From the NCBI GenBank assembly GCA_041301395.1, contig JBFYSP010000031.1:19315-83314 (forward strand): DNA of 64,000 nucleotides, in the 5' to 3' direction. Under the pieces are notes generated by a model. That model was given only the letters and a program-made list of their open reading frames with translations, made no database searches and was not told the DNA's origin. The position numbers were made by a program, and so were the translations under genes. How positions within the stretch are numbered: the stretch's first letter is position 1; each line of letters opens with the position of its first letter. Positions 19,443 through 28,984 of this stretch are shown here, piece by piece. The DNA is from Anaerolineae bacterium (lineage in GTDB: Bacteria > Chloroflexota > Anaerolineae > Anaerolineales > UBA4823).

Positions 19443-20999
19443 TCAGCCCGCCGCCAGCGCGGCCGCTTCTTCGAACGAGATGCGGTTGCCCTTAATCGGC
19501 CGGCTGTAATTATCTCCCGAGTAATCTACCAGGTGCTCGTTAGAGCGCAGGTCTTCCACCCGCCCGCCCGATAGCGCCAGGGTTGTGTGGCGGTCGCCTT
19601 CCTCCAGGCTGAGCACTTTGCCGCTCGAGCGGAAGGCGATGCAGCTTGGGCCGTTGAACGCCAGCTCTTCGAGCGTGCAGAACAGAGCGATTCCTCCAAA
19701 AGGCATGATGACCCGTTGAAACTGCCCGCCCACGATCACCGCATCCCGGATAACGGTCTGCGGGTCGGTGATGGTTGTGTCGATCAGTACCGAGTTGTAG
19801 ATATCTGCCCCCTCCGGGATGGTGCTGCGCAGCAGGGTGTTCTCGCTGCGATCGCGTTCCTGCGGGATCTTGAGCAGCTCGCGCATCGCAGCCCCCTGGT
19901 AAGTATCGGTGGTCAGCGACTCCAGGCTTTTGCGCAGGGTCAGATGCAGACCCCAATCCATCCAGAAGGGCTGCCCAAAATCCAGGGCGTTGACCTGGAT
20001 GCGACGCCCGTATTTTTCAACGAACTTCTGTTTAAGCGTCTCAATCCGCTGGTAAAAGTGGGGATAGCGGCGCTCGATATCGGCAATCCCGCCCAGGCCC
20101 ACGCTCTGTTCGTAGGCTTGTTCTGCGCGCCAGGCCTCGCTGTCATCGCAGGCCAGCGCCATCCAGGCATAGGGATCCCAATCGAGCCACAGCCGGTCGT
20201 TAGCTACATCAGCTTGAAATACCTCGCTGGCCAGCTCCAGCAGCCGGTAGCTGATCGCCAGGCTGCCCAGGTTCACGCCTACCCGGTGGTTGGCGTGGGC
20301 GCGGTCCTCCAGCCTGTGCTGCAGCAAGTCCAGCTTCTGGCGGGCAAACTGGAAGGTCATCTGTCCGGAGTGCGGGTCGATTTCGACCCAGTCTTTTTCT
20401 CTTGCCAGGCTTTCGGTAGGCTCGGTGACCCAAACAAAGCGCACCGCATCCGCCTGCTGGAATATCTCTCGCCCCGGCTGCCATATTACTCCCGGGAAGA
20501 TCGCCTCGTCGCCCCACTTGACCAGCACGCCCCGAAAACCGTTTTCTTGCAAATGGTCCATGATCAGCATGGAAGACACACAGGCCAGGTCGGCGGTGGT
20601 CAGATATTCGCCGCCCGAACCCAGCAGGGGGGTGGGAAAGGCCGGCTTGCGGTTTCCCAGCGCTTGGGTAAACGGGCTCAGGCGCTTTCCCTGCCCAAAC
20701 ACCATGTTCATCAGCATCACTGCCGGCCAGATAATTGGATTACTGGGCAGCCGGTTGCGGACTTCTTGCCAGGCGTTAAATGTACCCAGAAAATTGCCTT
20801 TGCGTACACCTTCCAGGGTCGACCAGACGGTTGTCCCGCCATCCTGGCGGAAAACATCCCGGCGTGTGCTGTTGAATTTATCCTCCCAAAACACCTGGTC
20901 GAAAGGGCTGCCGGTTACGATGCTCACCAGCCCAGCGCCTCGATTTTCTCGAATCAGGGCGTAGGCGCGGTGGATGCTGCCTGTCCAGTTTGCTGACAT
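19443..20999 (-). CDS. Large uncharacterised protein, sugar-phosphate nucleotidyltransferase-like (fucose-pyrophosphorylase-type) N-terminal region
   Basis: 518 aa. [22 protein letters not shown] resembles the G-x-G-x-R-L loop of sugar nucleotidyltransferases. The C-terminal part has short beta-strand repeats ([22 protein letters not shown]). Assignment is by resemblance only. Confidence 0.35.
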   Translation of the reverse strand: MSANWTGSIHRAYALIRENRGAGLVSIVTGSPFDQVFWEDKFNSTRRDVFRQDGGTTVWSTLEGVRKGNFLGTFNAWQEVRNRLPSNPIIWPAVMLMNMVFGQGKRLSPFTQALGNRKPAFPTPLLGSGGEYLTTADLACVSSMLIMDHLQENGFRGVLVKWGDEAIFPGVIWQPGREIFQQADAVRFVWVTEPTESLAREKDWVEIDPHSGQMTFQFARQKLDLLQHRLEDRAHANHRVGVNLGSLAISYRLLELASEVFQADVANDRLWLDWDPYAWMALACDDSEAWRAEQAYEQSVGLGGIADIERRYPHFYQRIETLKQKFVEKYGRRIQVNALDFGQPFWMDWGLHLTLRKSLESLTTDTYQGAAMRELLKIPQERDRSENTLLRSTIPEGADIYNSVLIDTTITDPQTVIRDAVIVGGQFQRVIMPFGGIALFCTLEELAFNGPSCIAFRSSGKVLSLEEGDRHTTLALSGGRVEDLRSNEHLVDYSGDNYSRPIKGNRISFEEAAALAAG

Positions 21000-21011
21000 G
21001 CTGCTCCTCCC

Positions 21012-21794
21012 TCACTCGGGGTCGATTTTCGAATCAAAAGAAGTAGCATAAGTGATCACTCGGAAGCCGTGCCGGGCCAGAATTCGTTGGCTCATGGGGA
21101 CGGCATCCGCCACCAGGAAGCGATAGCCGCGCTGGATTGCTTCCTGCACCCGAGCCGCCAGCACCGCCGTATAACAGCCGCTGCGGCGCTGCTCTGGCAC
21201 GGTCGAACCGCCCCACAGCCCGGCAAACTCCCCTTTCAGGTTGTAATAGGTCCAGCCGGTGCAAGCCGGCTGCCCGTCATGATAAGCAACGAAAACACTC
21301 AGGTATCCGGGAACTGCCAGGTGGCTGCCCATGCGCGCCCGGATCCAGTCGAAATTGCCGCCCCACACCTGCTGTTCCACCCGGATCACATCTTCCAGCT
21401 CTTCTGGCTGGGTGATTCGCCGCACCTCGATGGGAGAGCTGGCTAGCAGGCTGTCAGGCGTTTCTTGCAAGTCCAGCACCATGATCGCGTCCGGCGGGTC
21501 GGAATCCGGTTCGAAGCCGGCTGCTTCCAGGCGCTTTCCCAGGTCGGGGGGCTGGTCATGCTGGTAAACTTTCCAGGTAAAGGGCAGTTTCAGCTGCGTG
21601 AAATCCGCGATCTGCTCCTGGATGACCCGATCGGCGTTGGATTCATCCAGCTGGCTGTGCAGGATCAGGCTCAAGCCGGGCGCCGGGCATAAGTGCCGGG
21701 TAACATGCGGCAGGACCTCTTTGCGCATGTCGGGGTATTCATACGCCATGCGCTGCTGCTGGTCGTAGGTAACCAGGATTTCTTCTGGGTCCAT
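21012..21794 (-). CDS. GNAT family N-acetyltransferase
   Basis: C-terminal acetyl-CoA-binding pattern VPEQRRSGCYTAVLAARVQEAIQRGYRFL. Confidence 0.65.
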   Translation of the reverse strand: MDPEEILVTYDQQQRMAYEYPDMRKEVLPHVTRHLCPAPGLSLILHSQLDESNADRVIQEQIADFTQLKLPFTWKVYQHDQPPDLGKRLEAAGFEPDSDPPDAIMVLDLQETPDSLLASSPIEVRRITQPEELEDVIRVEQQVWGGNFDWIRARMGSHLAVPGYLSVFVAYHDGQPACTGWTYYNLKGEFAGLWGGSTVPEQRRSGCYTAVLAARVQEAIQRGYRFLVADAVPMSQRILARHGFRVITYATSFDSKIDPE

Positions 21795-21811
21795 CGGTGC
21801 GACCCAGGAAT

Positions 21812-22351
21812 TTACATATACTCGCGGAACTGCAAGCCGTGGCGCTTGCGCGCCTCCAACCAGGCTTTGCGCAGGGTTTCGTAAACCTGTTCCGGATCGT
21901 GGATGTTCCGCAGGACAATGTTGGGATCGGATGGGTCGTGACCCCGGATCTCAATATCGCCGATGCCCAGCATCCGCTCGCTGACATTCTGCTTAAAATC
22001 AATGTCCTGGACGCGCACCAGCTCGAAATTCTCAGTACGGCGACCGAGAAAGCCCTTGATAATCTTAAGCCGGTCGTTGGTCAGGGTATAGAATTCCACC
22101 AGGGAAAGGAACGGCCTGCCTTGCCAAATCACTATTTCCCCTTGCTGCTCCTCTTCCTGTTTCTCGGCCGCCATTTCATCTTCCGATTGGCTCTTCATGA
22201 TGTTATCGACCATCACCAGTACATTATCTGCGATGGTGCTGACCAGCTTTTCCTGTTGGTCTGCTGGGATCACTGCCAGGTCGACCTTGCTTTGGACGAT
22301 TGCCTGCCATACGGTGCCGATCACTTGTGCCCGGATTTGTTCCAGAGTCAT
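21812..22351 (-). CDS. Bacterial PH (bPH_2/YdbT-like) domain protein
   Basis: C-terminal half ...YTLTNDRLKIIKGFLGRRTENFELVRVQDIDFKQNVSERMLGIGDIEI... is the typical bacterial PH-domain pattern. Confidence 0.55.
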   Translation of the reverse strand: MTLEQIRAQVIGTVWQAIVQSKVDLAVIPADQQEKLVSTIADNVLVMVDNIMKSQSEDEMAAEKQEEEQQGEIVIWQGRPFLSLVEFYTLTNDRLKIIKGFLGRRTENFELVRVQDIDFKQNVSERMLGIGDIEIRGHDPSDPNIVLRNIHDPEQVYETLRKAWLEARKRHGLQFREYM

Positions 22352-22454
22352 CGCCTGCTCTCCTGTCTGAGTTGGTTCCCAGAATAGTTGTCTTGGATTT
22401 ATTATAAGCCATGATTTACACTGCCAGCCGTACCCGATCGGCTATAATCTTACC

Positions 22455-23279
22455 ATGTCGATCCCTGAACCCTATCCCAGCCTGGATGAAATAATTGATT
22501 CAATCGGCAAGGCCGGCCTGCGCCTGGATGAGATTGGAGCCAGCGAAGGCGCAGCCGGTAACATTTCGGTATGTCTTGGTTGGCCCGTGGATTTAAGTGG
22601 GAAATTTCCCAACGATGAGCAGGTCAATCTGCCGATCCCGGCGCCTGAGCTTACCGGCAGCACTTTGTTAGTGACCGGCTCGGGCTGCCGCCTGCGAGAT
22701 ATCCAGCGCGACCCGTTGGCCAACCTGAGCGCCCTGGTGGTCAACCCGGATGGCCGGACCGCTCGCCAGTATACCTCTCCGCATAAGCTTTTTGCACGCG
22801 GGACCAGTGAGTTCAATTCGCACCTGGCTGTCCACCGTGACCAGGTGCAACGCAGCGCGGTCAATTTCCATGCCGTCATTCACGCCCAGCCGCCTTACCT
22901 GACCTATCTCAGCCACATTCCGCGTTACCAGGAGCAGGCCTACCTCAACCGCCGCTTACTGCGCTGGCAGCCTGAAACAATCATCAACTTGCCGGAGGGG
23001 GTGGGTATACTGCCTTTCATGCTGCCCGGCTCGCCGGAGCTGATGCAGGCTAGCGTCGAAAACCTGCGTACACATCGCATGGTAGTGTGGAGCAAGCACG
23101 GCGTGATGGCCCGCTCGGATTTCTCAACCGCGCATGCCTTGGATCTTATCGAGTATGCCGAGGCGGCTGCCCGCTATGAAACCCTCAACCTGCAATCCGG
23201 CGAAGCATCCGAAGGTTTGAGCGTGGAGGAGATCCAGCGTATCTGCCGGGCATTCAACGTCCAGCAGACCATTTTTTGA
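22455..23279 (+). CDS. rhaD: Class II aldolase, rhamnulose-1-phosphate aldolase-like
   Basis: 274 aa, colinear with E. coli RhaD as I recall it: LLVTGSGCRLRDIQRDPLANL, GTSEFNSHLAVH, AVIHAQPPYLTYL, PEGVGILPFMLPGSPEL, VVWSKHGVM. Confidence 0.7.
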   Translation: MSIPEPYPSLDEIIDSIGKAGLRLDEIGASEGAAGNISVCLGWPVDLSGKFPNDEQVNLPIPAPELTGSTLLVTGSGCRLRDIQRDPLANLSALVVNPDGRTARQYTSPHKLFARGTSEFNSHLAVHRDQVQRSAVNFHAVIHAQPPYLTYLSHIPRYQEQAYLNRRLLRWQPETIINLPEGVGILPFMLPGSPELMQASVENLRTHRMVVWSKHGVMARSDFSTAHALDLIEYAEAAARYETLNLQSGEASEGLSVEEIQRICRAFNVQQTIF

Positions 23280-23292
23280 TTGGTTGTCGGGG

Positions 23293-24084
23293 TTAACCCG
23301 GCGCGTCCGTCTGTTCGTCCGGGTCGGAGCTGCGCATGCCGGGTGCAATAAAGGCTGTGCGTTTATAAGGCCGCACCTGTGCTTCGACATTATCCTTCAA
23401 TACATTCCCCGAAACGTGCATCAGGGTGTCGCCAAAGTCCGGGTCTTTGCCCATGCTGGCCAGGCAGGGGAAGTGGTGGTGCAGCAGCCCGGCTTGCTCG
23501 CCGGCCTCGTCTGCCGAGAGGCCGACCAGTCTTTCCGCCACGAAGCGGGCGCAGCCGCAGACTGCGTCTCGCTGTACATCCACCGTCAGGATCGAGCTTG
23601 TTTCGGGGTCAACTGTGATTTTCAGCTCGGGCTGGCCAAAATAGCGGGCGAATTCGGCGATCTCGGCGTTCTGGTAGGCATTGCGCTGCCGGCGGGTCAC
23701 CCCGTAATCCTGCTCGGCTAGCGAACACAGCGGTTTCGGTGTGGCGCAGGCCACCCCCATCCTCTCCAGCCAGTCGCCCAGCTGGCGGGCCAACCCGCGC
23801 GGCAGCCAGGACTCGTTGTCTACTGCAGCAATCACACCTCGCGCCGCGCACATACGCGCAATATCCGGCAGCAGCTCAGCCACGCCTTTCAACTCGGCAA
23901 AGGACAGGATCAGATCGGCAGCCGGCAGCTCGGCCGGCAGATAATCCTCCGGGTAGTCGATCATCAACGGCAAGACAGCCGGCGCCTGCCAGGTGAACAC
24001 TTCCCAATCAGTCGGGCCATGCGCTCGAATGTTTTCGACGTGCCGGCGGCCGTACTCCCCTGAGATGATTGCCAGGATTCGCAT
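23293..24084 (-). CDS. DUF166-like protein (function unknown)
   Basis: MRILAIISGEYGRRHVENI..., KPLCSL and HHHFPCLASMGKDPDFGDTLMHVSG resemble the DUF166 family, which I know mostly from archaea. Confidence 0.4.
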   Translation of the reverse strand: MRILAIISGEYGRRHVENIRAHGPTDWEVFTWQAPAVLPLMIDYPEDYLPAELPAADLILSFAELKGVAELLPDIARMCAARGVIAAVDNESWLPRGLARQLGDWLERMGVACATPKPLCSLAEQDYGVTRRQRNAYQNAEIAEFARYFGQPELKITVDPETSSILTVDVQRDAVCGCARFVAERLVGLSADEAGEQAGLLHHHFPCLASMGKDPDFGDTLMHVSGNVLKDNVEAQVRPYKRTAFIAPGMRSSDPDEQTDAPG

Positions 24085-24087
24085 GCG

Positions 24088-24447
24088 TTACCCGGCGGCC
24101 CCTTCGAGCAGATAGAGCAGCATTACCAGCTCTGTCTCGGCTTGCACACTATGCGCCAGTTTCGGCTGCATGTAGACCCAGGTGCCTGGACTGGCACGTT
24201 GGGGCTCCCCACCCAGTATGAGCTGTGCCTCGCCTTTCAAGAAATGCAGGATTGCCGGGCGAGCTGCTGTGTGTTCCGAAAGCTCCTGGCCGGCGGCAAA
24301 ACCAAACAGGATCGCTTTCACCTGCCCTTCGCTGAAGAAAGTCCGGCTGACGATCGTATCGGGGGGAATCTCGGGTAATTGGGTCTCTAATTCAGATATG
24401 TAGAAATATGGGGTATCCATGTGCGCCTCCATTAGCAATGTTATCAA
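24088..24447 (-). CDS. Cupin domain protein
   Basis: 119 aa with the cupin_2-like pattern GQELSEHTA...ILHFLKGEAQLILGGE...PGTWVYMQPKLAHSV. Confidence 0.6.
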   Translation of the reverse strand: MITLLMEAHMDTPYFYISELETQLPEIPPDTIVSRTFFSEGQVKAILFGFAAGQELSEHTAARPAILHFLKGEAQLILGGEPQRASPGTWVYMQPKLAHSVQAETELVMLLYLLEGAAG

Positions 24448-24465
24448 AGAAGATGCCTGCTGTAT

Positions 24466-25644
24466 ATGACAGGCATCACATCTGGGCAGGCAAATGGCAG
24501 GTTCGGCTTGCGTTCCTGGCGGGTTGGCAATATACTTCTACCTGTGGAAGAGGTTTATTTATATCGGCAGATTACCGAGCATATCCGTCGCGAAATCCTG
24601 TCCGGTGTCCTGAAACCTGGTGACCAGCTGCCCTCCGTCAAGCAGATGGCAGCGCGGTGGGACTGCACGGTTGGCACGGTCCAGCATGCCTACCAGGAGC
24701 TGGTACGTCAGGGACTGGTCACCAGCCGTCCGGGGCAGGGCACGCGCGTGGTGGATGGTCTGCCGGTCGGCGCCTTTGCGGGTGAACCGCTGCGCCGCCT
24801 CGCCCTGGTAAACCGGGCCGAAGCTTTCTTGCTCGAGACACTTACCGCCGGGTACACGATGGAAGAAACTGAATTGGCTGTCCGGCAGGCGTTGGAGCGC
24901 TGGCAGGTTGCCGTAAGCCAGCCGACCACAGAGCATAGTGGGGAGCTGCGTTTTGCTGGCAGCCATGATCCTGTAGTCGGTTGGCTGGCAGGTCATTTCC
25001 ATGAGATTGCCCCTGGCTACTCGCTGGCCTGTGAGTTCAGCGGCAGCCTGGGCGGGCTGCTGGCTCTGGTAGAAGGCAAAGCGGATATCGCCGGCTGCCA
25101 CCTGCTGGATGAGCAGAGCGGTGAGTACAATCTTCCTTTCGTGCGCCGCTTTTTCCCTTCCCAGAAGGTTGCCCTGGTCACTCTTGCTCACCGCCGCCTG
25201 GGATTGATCTTGCCGCCGGGCAACCCGGCCGGTGTAAGCGGTCTGGCTGATCTGCGCGACCTTCGCCTGCGGCTGGCTAACCGCCAGCCAGGCTCGGGCA
25301 CGCGTGTCTGGCTGGATCAGGCGCTGCGCCGCCTGGGTATCGTTCCGGATGAGATCGCAGGCTACCAGGAAGTCTGGATGACCCACTCGGCTGTGGCCCG
25401 CCAGGTGGCGCAAGGCCAGGCGGATGTCGGGATCGGCCTGGAAGCAGCCGCCCGCAGTTACGGTCTTGACTTTATCCTGCTGACCCACGAGCGCTACGAC
25501 CTGGTGCTTTCGGAAGCCGGAATGCAGCTGCTGCCTGCCCGCCGGTTGATCGATTGGCTGGGGTCGCCGGAAGGCCGGCAGGCGATTGAAGCCCACGGCG
25601 GCCACGATACCCGCCAGACCGGTCGGGTAGAATGGTGCGAGTAA
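24466..25644 (+). CDS. Transcriptional regulator: GntR-type winged HTH fused to a periplasmic-binding-protein-like (oxyanion-binding type) domain
   Basis: HTH region LYRQITEHIRREILSGVLKPGDQLPSVKQMAARWDCTVGTVQHAYQELVRQGLVTSRPGQGTRV. The C-terminal 230 aa have a PBP-like pattern (LRFAGSHDP..., ANRQPGSGTRVWLD). The true start may be the GTG at 24544. Confidence 0.65.
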   Translation: MTGITSGQANGRFGLRSWRVGNILLPVEEVYLYRQITEHIRREILSGVLKPGDQLPSVKQMAARWDCTVGTVQHAYQELVRQGLVTSRPGQGTRVVDGLPVGAFAGEPLRRLALVNRAEAFLLETLTAGYTMEETELAVRQALERWQVAVSQPTTEHSGELRFAGSHDPVVGWLAGHFHEIAPGYSLACEFSGSLGGLLALVEGKADIAGCHLLDEQSGEYNLPFVRRFFPSQKVALVTLAHRRLGLILPPGNPAGVSGLADLRDLRLRLANRQPGSGTRVWLDQALRRLGIVPDEIAGYQEVWMTHSAVARQVAQGQADVGIGLEAAARSYGLDFILLTHERYDLVLSEAGMQLLPARRLIDWLGSPEGRQAIEAHGGHDTRQTGRVEWCE

Positions 25645-25666
25645 ATCCGGCTGAATACTGCTGGCG

Positions 25667-25696
25667 GCGGGAGGTGAGAGGCCTCCCGCTTTTTTT
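25667..25696 (+). terminator. Rho-independent terminator after the regulator gene
   Basis: GCGGGAGG (25667-25674), 7-nt loop, CCTCCCGC (25682-25689), then TTTTTTT. Confidence 0.75.
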
Positions 25697-25746
25697 ATTA
25701 AGCCTGGACGGATAAGGAAACAGAAACTATACTTGTACCGGTTTAA

Positions 25747-26430
25747 TTGTTACTTTCGAGTTTGCCGATGCTTGAGGATTTTTCGCAAATCATCCTGTTA
25801 TCCTTGCAGGTATCCGGGATTGCCCTGCTGCTCAGCACCCTGATCGGTATTCCGGTGGGTGTGCTTATGGGCCTGCGACGCTTTTCGGGCCATCGGATTG
25901 TCACCGCACTGCTCTACACCGGGATGGGCTTCCCGCCGGTTGTTATCGGCCTGTTCGTTTACCTGCTCCTTTCTCGTAGCAGCCCCATTGGCCAGCTTGA
26001 CCTGGCCTTCCTTCCCAATTTGTTCACCCCGGGCGCCATGATACTCGCCCAAACGATTATCGCCTTTCCCCTGGTGGCAGGCTTTACCATGGCGGCGGTG
26101 ATGGGTGTCGATCCCCAGCTGCGTCTGCAGGTTCTCGCATTAGGCGCCACCCAAAGCCAGGCGGCCTGGGCGGTCTTGCGCCAGGCGCGCGTGGGTGTGA
26201 TTGCCGCCGTCGTCGCCGGTTTTGGCAGCATCATCTCAGAGGTCGGCGCGGTGATGCTGGTGGGCGGCAACATCGAAGGTCGCACGCGCGTGATGACCAC
26301 CGCCATCGTGTTGGAGACCCGCAAAGGCAATTTCGAACTGGCTATTATGCTTGGGATCGTCTTATTGGCGATTACCTTTGTTACCAACCTTTTCATCATG
26401 CGCCTGCAGGGCAGGACACCCAACGCATGA
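25747..26430 (+). CDS. tupB: Tungstate/molybdate-type ABC transporter permease
   Basis: 227 aa, 5-6 TM, ABC permease loop. Lies upstream of a coupled ATPase and a TupA-like binding protein. The start may be the ATG at 25768 rather than the TTG at 25747. Confidence 0.65.
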   Translation: MLLSSLPMLEDFSQIILLSLQVSGIALLLSTLIGIPVGVLMGLRRFSGHRIVTALLYTGMGFPPVVIGLFVYLLLSRSSPIGQLDLAFLPNLFTPGAMILAQTIIAFPLVAGFTMAAVMGVDPQLRLQVLALGATQSQAAWAVLRQARVGVIAAVVAGFGSIISEVGAVMLVGGNIEGRTRVMTTAIVLETRKGNFELAIMLGIVLLAITFVTNLFIMRLQGRTPNA

Positions 26431-27158
26431 ACCACTCGATCTACCATCTCAATCAGCTTGCCAAAGAATACGCAGGGCGGGTCGTTCTGCAGGTGGATGC
26501 GCTTCAGATCGAGCCGGGCGAAGTTTTTGCCCTGATCGGTCCCAGTGGCGCCGGGAAAAGTACCCTGCTGCGCCTGATGAACTTTCTTGAGCCGCCCAGC
26601 CGTGGCAGCCTCATTTTTGAAGATGTGGAGGTCGATGCTGCTCACGAAGCGCCGCTGGATGTGCGGCGGCGGGTGACCACCGTCTTCCAACACCCCGTGC
26701 TCTTGGACATGAGCGTGCTGGAGAATGTCATGTACGGCCTGCGGCTGCGCGGGCAGCGCGATTGCCGCGACCAGGCACAGGCAGTGCTGGAAAAAGTTGG
26801 CCTGGCCCACCTGTCAAACGTGCCTGCTCGTACCCTCTCCGGTGGGGAAGCTCAGCGGGTGGCCCTGGCGCGCGCCATCGTGCTGCAGCCGGACGTCCTG
26901 CTGCTGGATGAACCGACCGCAAACCTGGACCCCTACAATGTTGGCCAGATCGAAGAGATCGCCTCCCGGCTAAATCGCGAGCAGGGCACCACGCTGGTAC
27001 TGGTAACGCATAATGTCTTCCAGGCCAGGCGGCTGGCCGGCCGCGTTGCCTTGATGTTGGAAGGCAGGCTGGTCGAAATGGCGGAGGCAGAGACCTTCTT
27101 CCAAACGCCGCAGGATCCGCGCACGGCTGCCTTTGTGCGCGGCGAAATGGTGTATTAA
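26427..27158 (+). CDS. tupC: ABC transporter ATP-binding protein
   Basis: Walker A GPSGAGKST, signature LSGGEAQRVALARA, Walker B LLLDEPTANLD. Its ATG overlaps the permease stop (ATGA). Confidence 0.75.
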   Translation: MNHSIYHLNQLAKEYAGRVVLQVDALQIEPGEVFALIGPSGAGKSTLLRLMNFLEPPSRGSLIFEDVEVDAAHEAPLDVRRRVTTVFQHPVLLDMSVLENVMYGLRLRGQRDCRDQAQAVLEKVGLAHLSNVPARTLSGGEAQRVALARAIVLQPDVLLLDEPTANLDPYNVGQIEEIASRLNREQGTTLVLVTHNVFQARRLAGRVALMLEGRLVEMAEAETFFQTPQDPRTAAFVRGEMVY

Positions 27159-27220
27159 TCAACCTGGCAGGTCACACCCGCCAGGATTTTAGACCACATA
27201 TTTATGTAAATAGGTGACCC

Positions 27221-28153
27221 ATGTATAAAAAGATTTCTTTTTTCCTGGTAATGCTGGCTGTCCTGGCGCTGATGCTCTCCGCCTGCGAGGGGACGGCGGC
27301 CACCACGGAAGCCCCGGTGGATGAGCCCACCAGCGCTCCCGCCACCCAGGCGCCCGAACCGGAAGAACCGGCCGCACCTCTGCCGGGTGAGGGCAGGCTG
27401 GTCCTGGCCACCACCACCAGCACCGATGACTCGGGCCTGCTGGATTACCTGATCCCGATGTTCGAGGAAGAGGCCGGCACCCAGGTGGATGTGATCGCCG
27501 TGGGCAGCGGCCAGGCCTTGCAGCTTGGGATAGACGGCAACGCCGATGTTCTCCTGGTGCACTCCCCGGCTAAGGAGAAAGAGTTCATGGATGCTGGTGA
27601 TGGCGTGCGCCGCGAAGACGTGATGTACAACGATTTCGTTATCGTCGGGCCTGAGTCGGACCCGGCCGGGATCAAGGGCATGACCAACGCTGCGGATGCC
27701 TTTACGAAACTGGCCGAGACACAGTCTACCTTTATCTCCCGTGGAGATGAATCGGGCACCCATTCCAAGGAGCTCGCCATCTGGAAGGCTGCCGGCCTCG
27801 AGCCGGCCGGCGATTGGTATGTCTCTTCCGGGCAAGGCATGGGCGAGGTGCTCACCATGACGAACGAGCAGCAAGCCTACACCCTCAGCGACCGGGCTAC
27901 ATACCTGGCACGTCTCAAACAAGGCCTGGAGCTGTCCATCCTGGTAGAAGGCGACAAAGCCCTGTTCAACCCCTACGGTGTGATCGCCGTCAATCCGGAC
28001 AAAAATCCTGCCATCCAGGCTGCCCTGGCCAACCAGTTCATCGATTGGCTGATCTCTGTGTCCGTCCAGGAGAAAATCGGCCAGTTTGGCTTTGATGAGT
28101 TTGAGCAATCGTTGTTCATACCCGACTCGCAGCCCTGGCGCGACTCGCAATAA
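27221..28153 (+). CDS. tupA: Tungstate/molybdate-binding lipoprotein (TupA-like)
   Basis: Lipobox LMLSAC followed by a Pro/Glu/Ala linker. TTTSTDDSGLLDYL and FISRGDESGTH motifs are characteristic of TupA-type oxyanion-binding proteins. Confidence 0.7.
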   Translation: MYKKISFFLVMLAVLALMLSACEGTAATTEAPVDEPTSAPATQAPEPEEPAAPLPGEGRLVLATTTSTDDSGLLDYLIPMFEEEAGTQVDVIAVGSGQALQLGIDGNADVLLVHSPAKEKEFMDAGDGVRREDVMYNDFVIVGPESDPAGIKGMTNAADAFTKLAETQSTFISRGDESGTHSKELAIWKAAGLEPAGDWYVSSGQGMGEVLTMTNEQQAYTLSDRATYLARLKQGLELSILVEGDKALFNPYGVIAVNPDKNPAIQAALANQFIDWLISVSVQEKIGQFGFDEFEQSLFIPDSQPWRDSQ

Positions 28154-28180
28154 GCGCCCCATAACAAACCTGGCATTGCT

Positions 28181-28984
28181 TTGAACAATCCTGTGAATAG
28201 CTTTCCGGGAACTCCGCAGCATCAGTCATTGCTGCGGGCGATAACATCCTATTACGAACAGGATCGCCGCGTTCAGGCGGTGATCCTGTTCGGCTCGCTT
28301 GTTCGGGGAGATTGGGATTCCTGGTCGGATCTGGATCTGGATGTCATTCTTGCAGAGGGTGATGCGCTGAATGTTCTTCAAGAAGTGGAGGCATTGCGTG
28401 CGCCCATCGCAACGGCTGGGGAGAAGATCGTGCTGATCCTCCCGGACGGCCCGCAGGAGGGGGATGTTGTCCTGGAATCACTGATGCGGTTTTCGATCCG
28501 CTACCACACCTTGGAGCAAACCAGCCCGAATATCGTGGATAGTATGCTGCTGTTGGCTGGCAGCCTGGAACCAACCGCCATAATCGCCGCCGGTATGGCC
28601 AACCAAAGGCCCGCTGAGGTGGATATCTCTTCAATTGTTGATCGATTCCTGTATTACGGTGTCATTGCCAAAGTCTGCCTGTGCCGCGAGCAGACCTGGA
28701 CGACAATCGATATCCTGCAGCGCATGCGCAATCTGCTGATGGAGCTGTATGCTCGCACGCATGGCGCCTCTCGGGCTTACAAAATGTTCGATGCCCGGGC
28801 AAGCACTGGCATCCAGCAGCGCCTTGGAAAAACGCTGCCCGAGAAAGACCAGCTGTCCCTGAGCCGCGCACTCTTCAATCTGTTGATTATGCTTGAGGAC
28901 GAGCTGAATACGTTAGGGAATGGTCGCCTGCGGCTGACCCCTGAGCAAATAAAAATTTTGACTGAGATAAGAAAAGCCTGTTAA
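28181..28984 (+). CDS. Nucleotidyltransferase domain protein (KNTase/MNT-like fold with helical C-terminal domain)
   Basis: ILFGSLVRGDWDSWSDLDLDVIL is the GS-x-D-x-D polymerase-beta-type nucleotidyltransferase motif. TTG start. Confidence 0.6.
   Translation: MNNPVNSFPGTPQHQSLLRAITSYYEQDRRVQAVILFGSLVRGDWDSWSDLDLDVILAEGDALNVLQEVEALRAPIATAGEKIVLILPDGPQEGDVVLESLMRFSIRYHTLEQTSPNIVDSMLLLAGSLEPTAIIAAGMANQRPAEVDISSIVDRFLYYGVIAKVCLCREQTWTTIDILQRMRNLLMELYARTHGASRAYKMFDARASTGIQQRLGKTLPEKDQLSLSRALFNLLIMLEDELNTLGNGRLRLTPEQIKILTEIRKAC

Noticed and set aside
19587-20996. 469-aa plus-strand ORF antisense to 19443-20999
   Set aside because: Long antisense ORFs are expected in GC-rich DNA. The translation is Arg/Gly/Ala/Pro/Gln-rich with no motif, whereas the minus-strand frame has balanced composition and a nucleotidyltransferase-like loop.
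24559-25605. 348-aa minus-strand ORF antisense to the GntR::PBP regulator
   Set aside because: Same GC-rich antisense artefact. The plus-strand frame carries an unmistakable GntR HTH.
25959-28222. 283-aa (25959-26810) and 355-aa (27155-28222) minus-strand ORFs over the tup genes
   Set aside because: They are antisense to ORFs with Walker A/B, ABC signature and TupA motifs. Composition is low complexity and no start context is visible.
28181-28984. Nucleotidyltransferase as the MNT half of a HEPN-MNT toxin-antitoxin pair
   Set aside because: At 267 aa with its own helical C-terminal domain it is too large for a minimal MNT. The neighbouring gene is a convergent polytopic membrane protein, not a HEPN protein.
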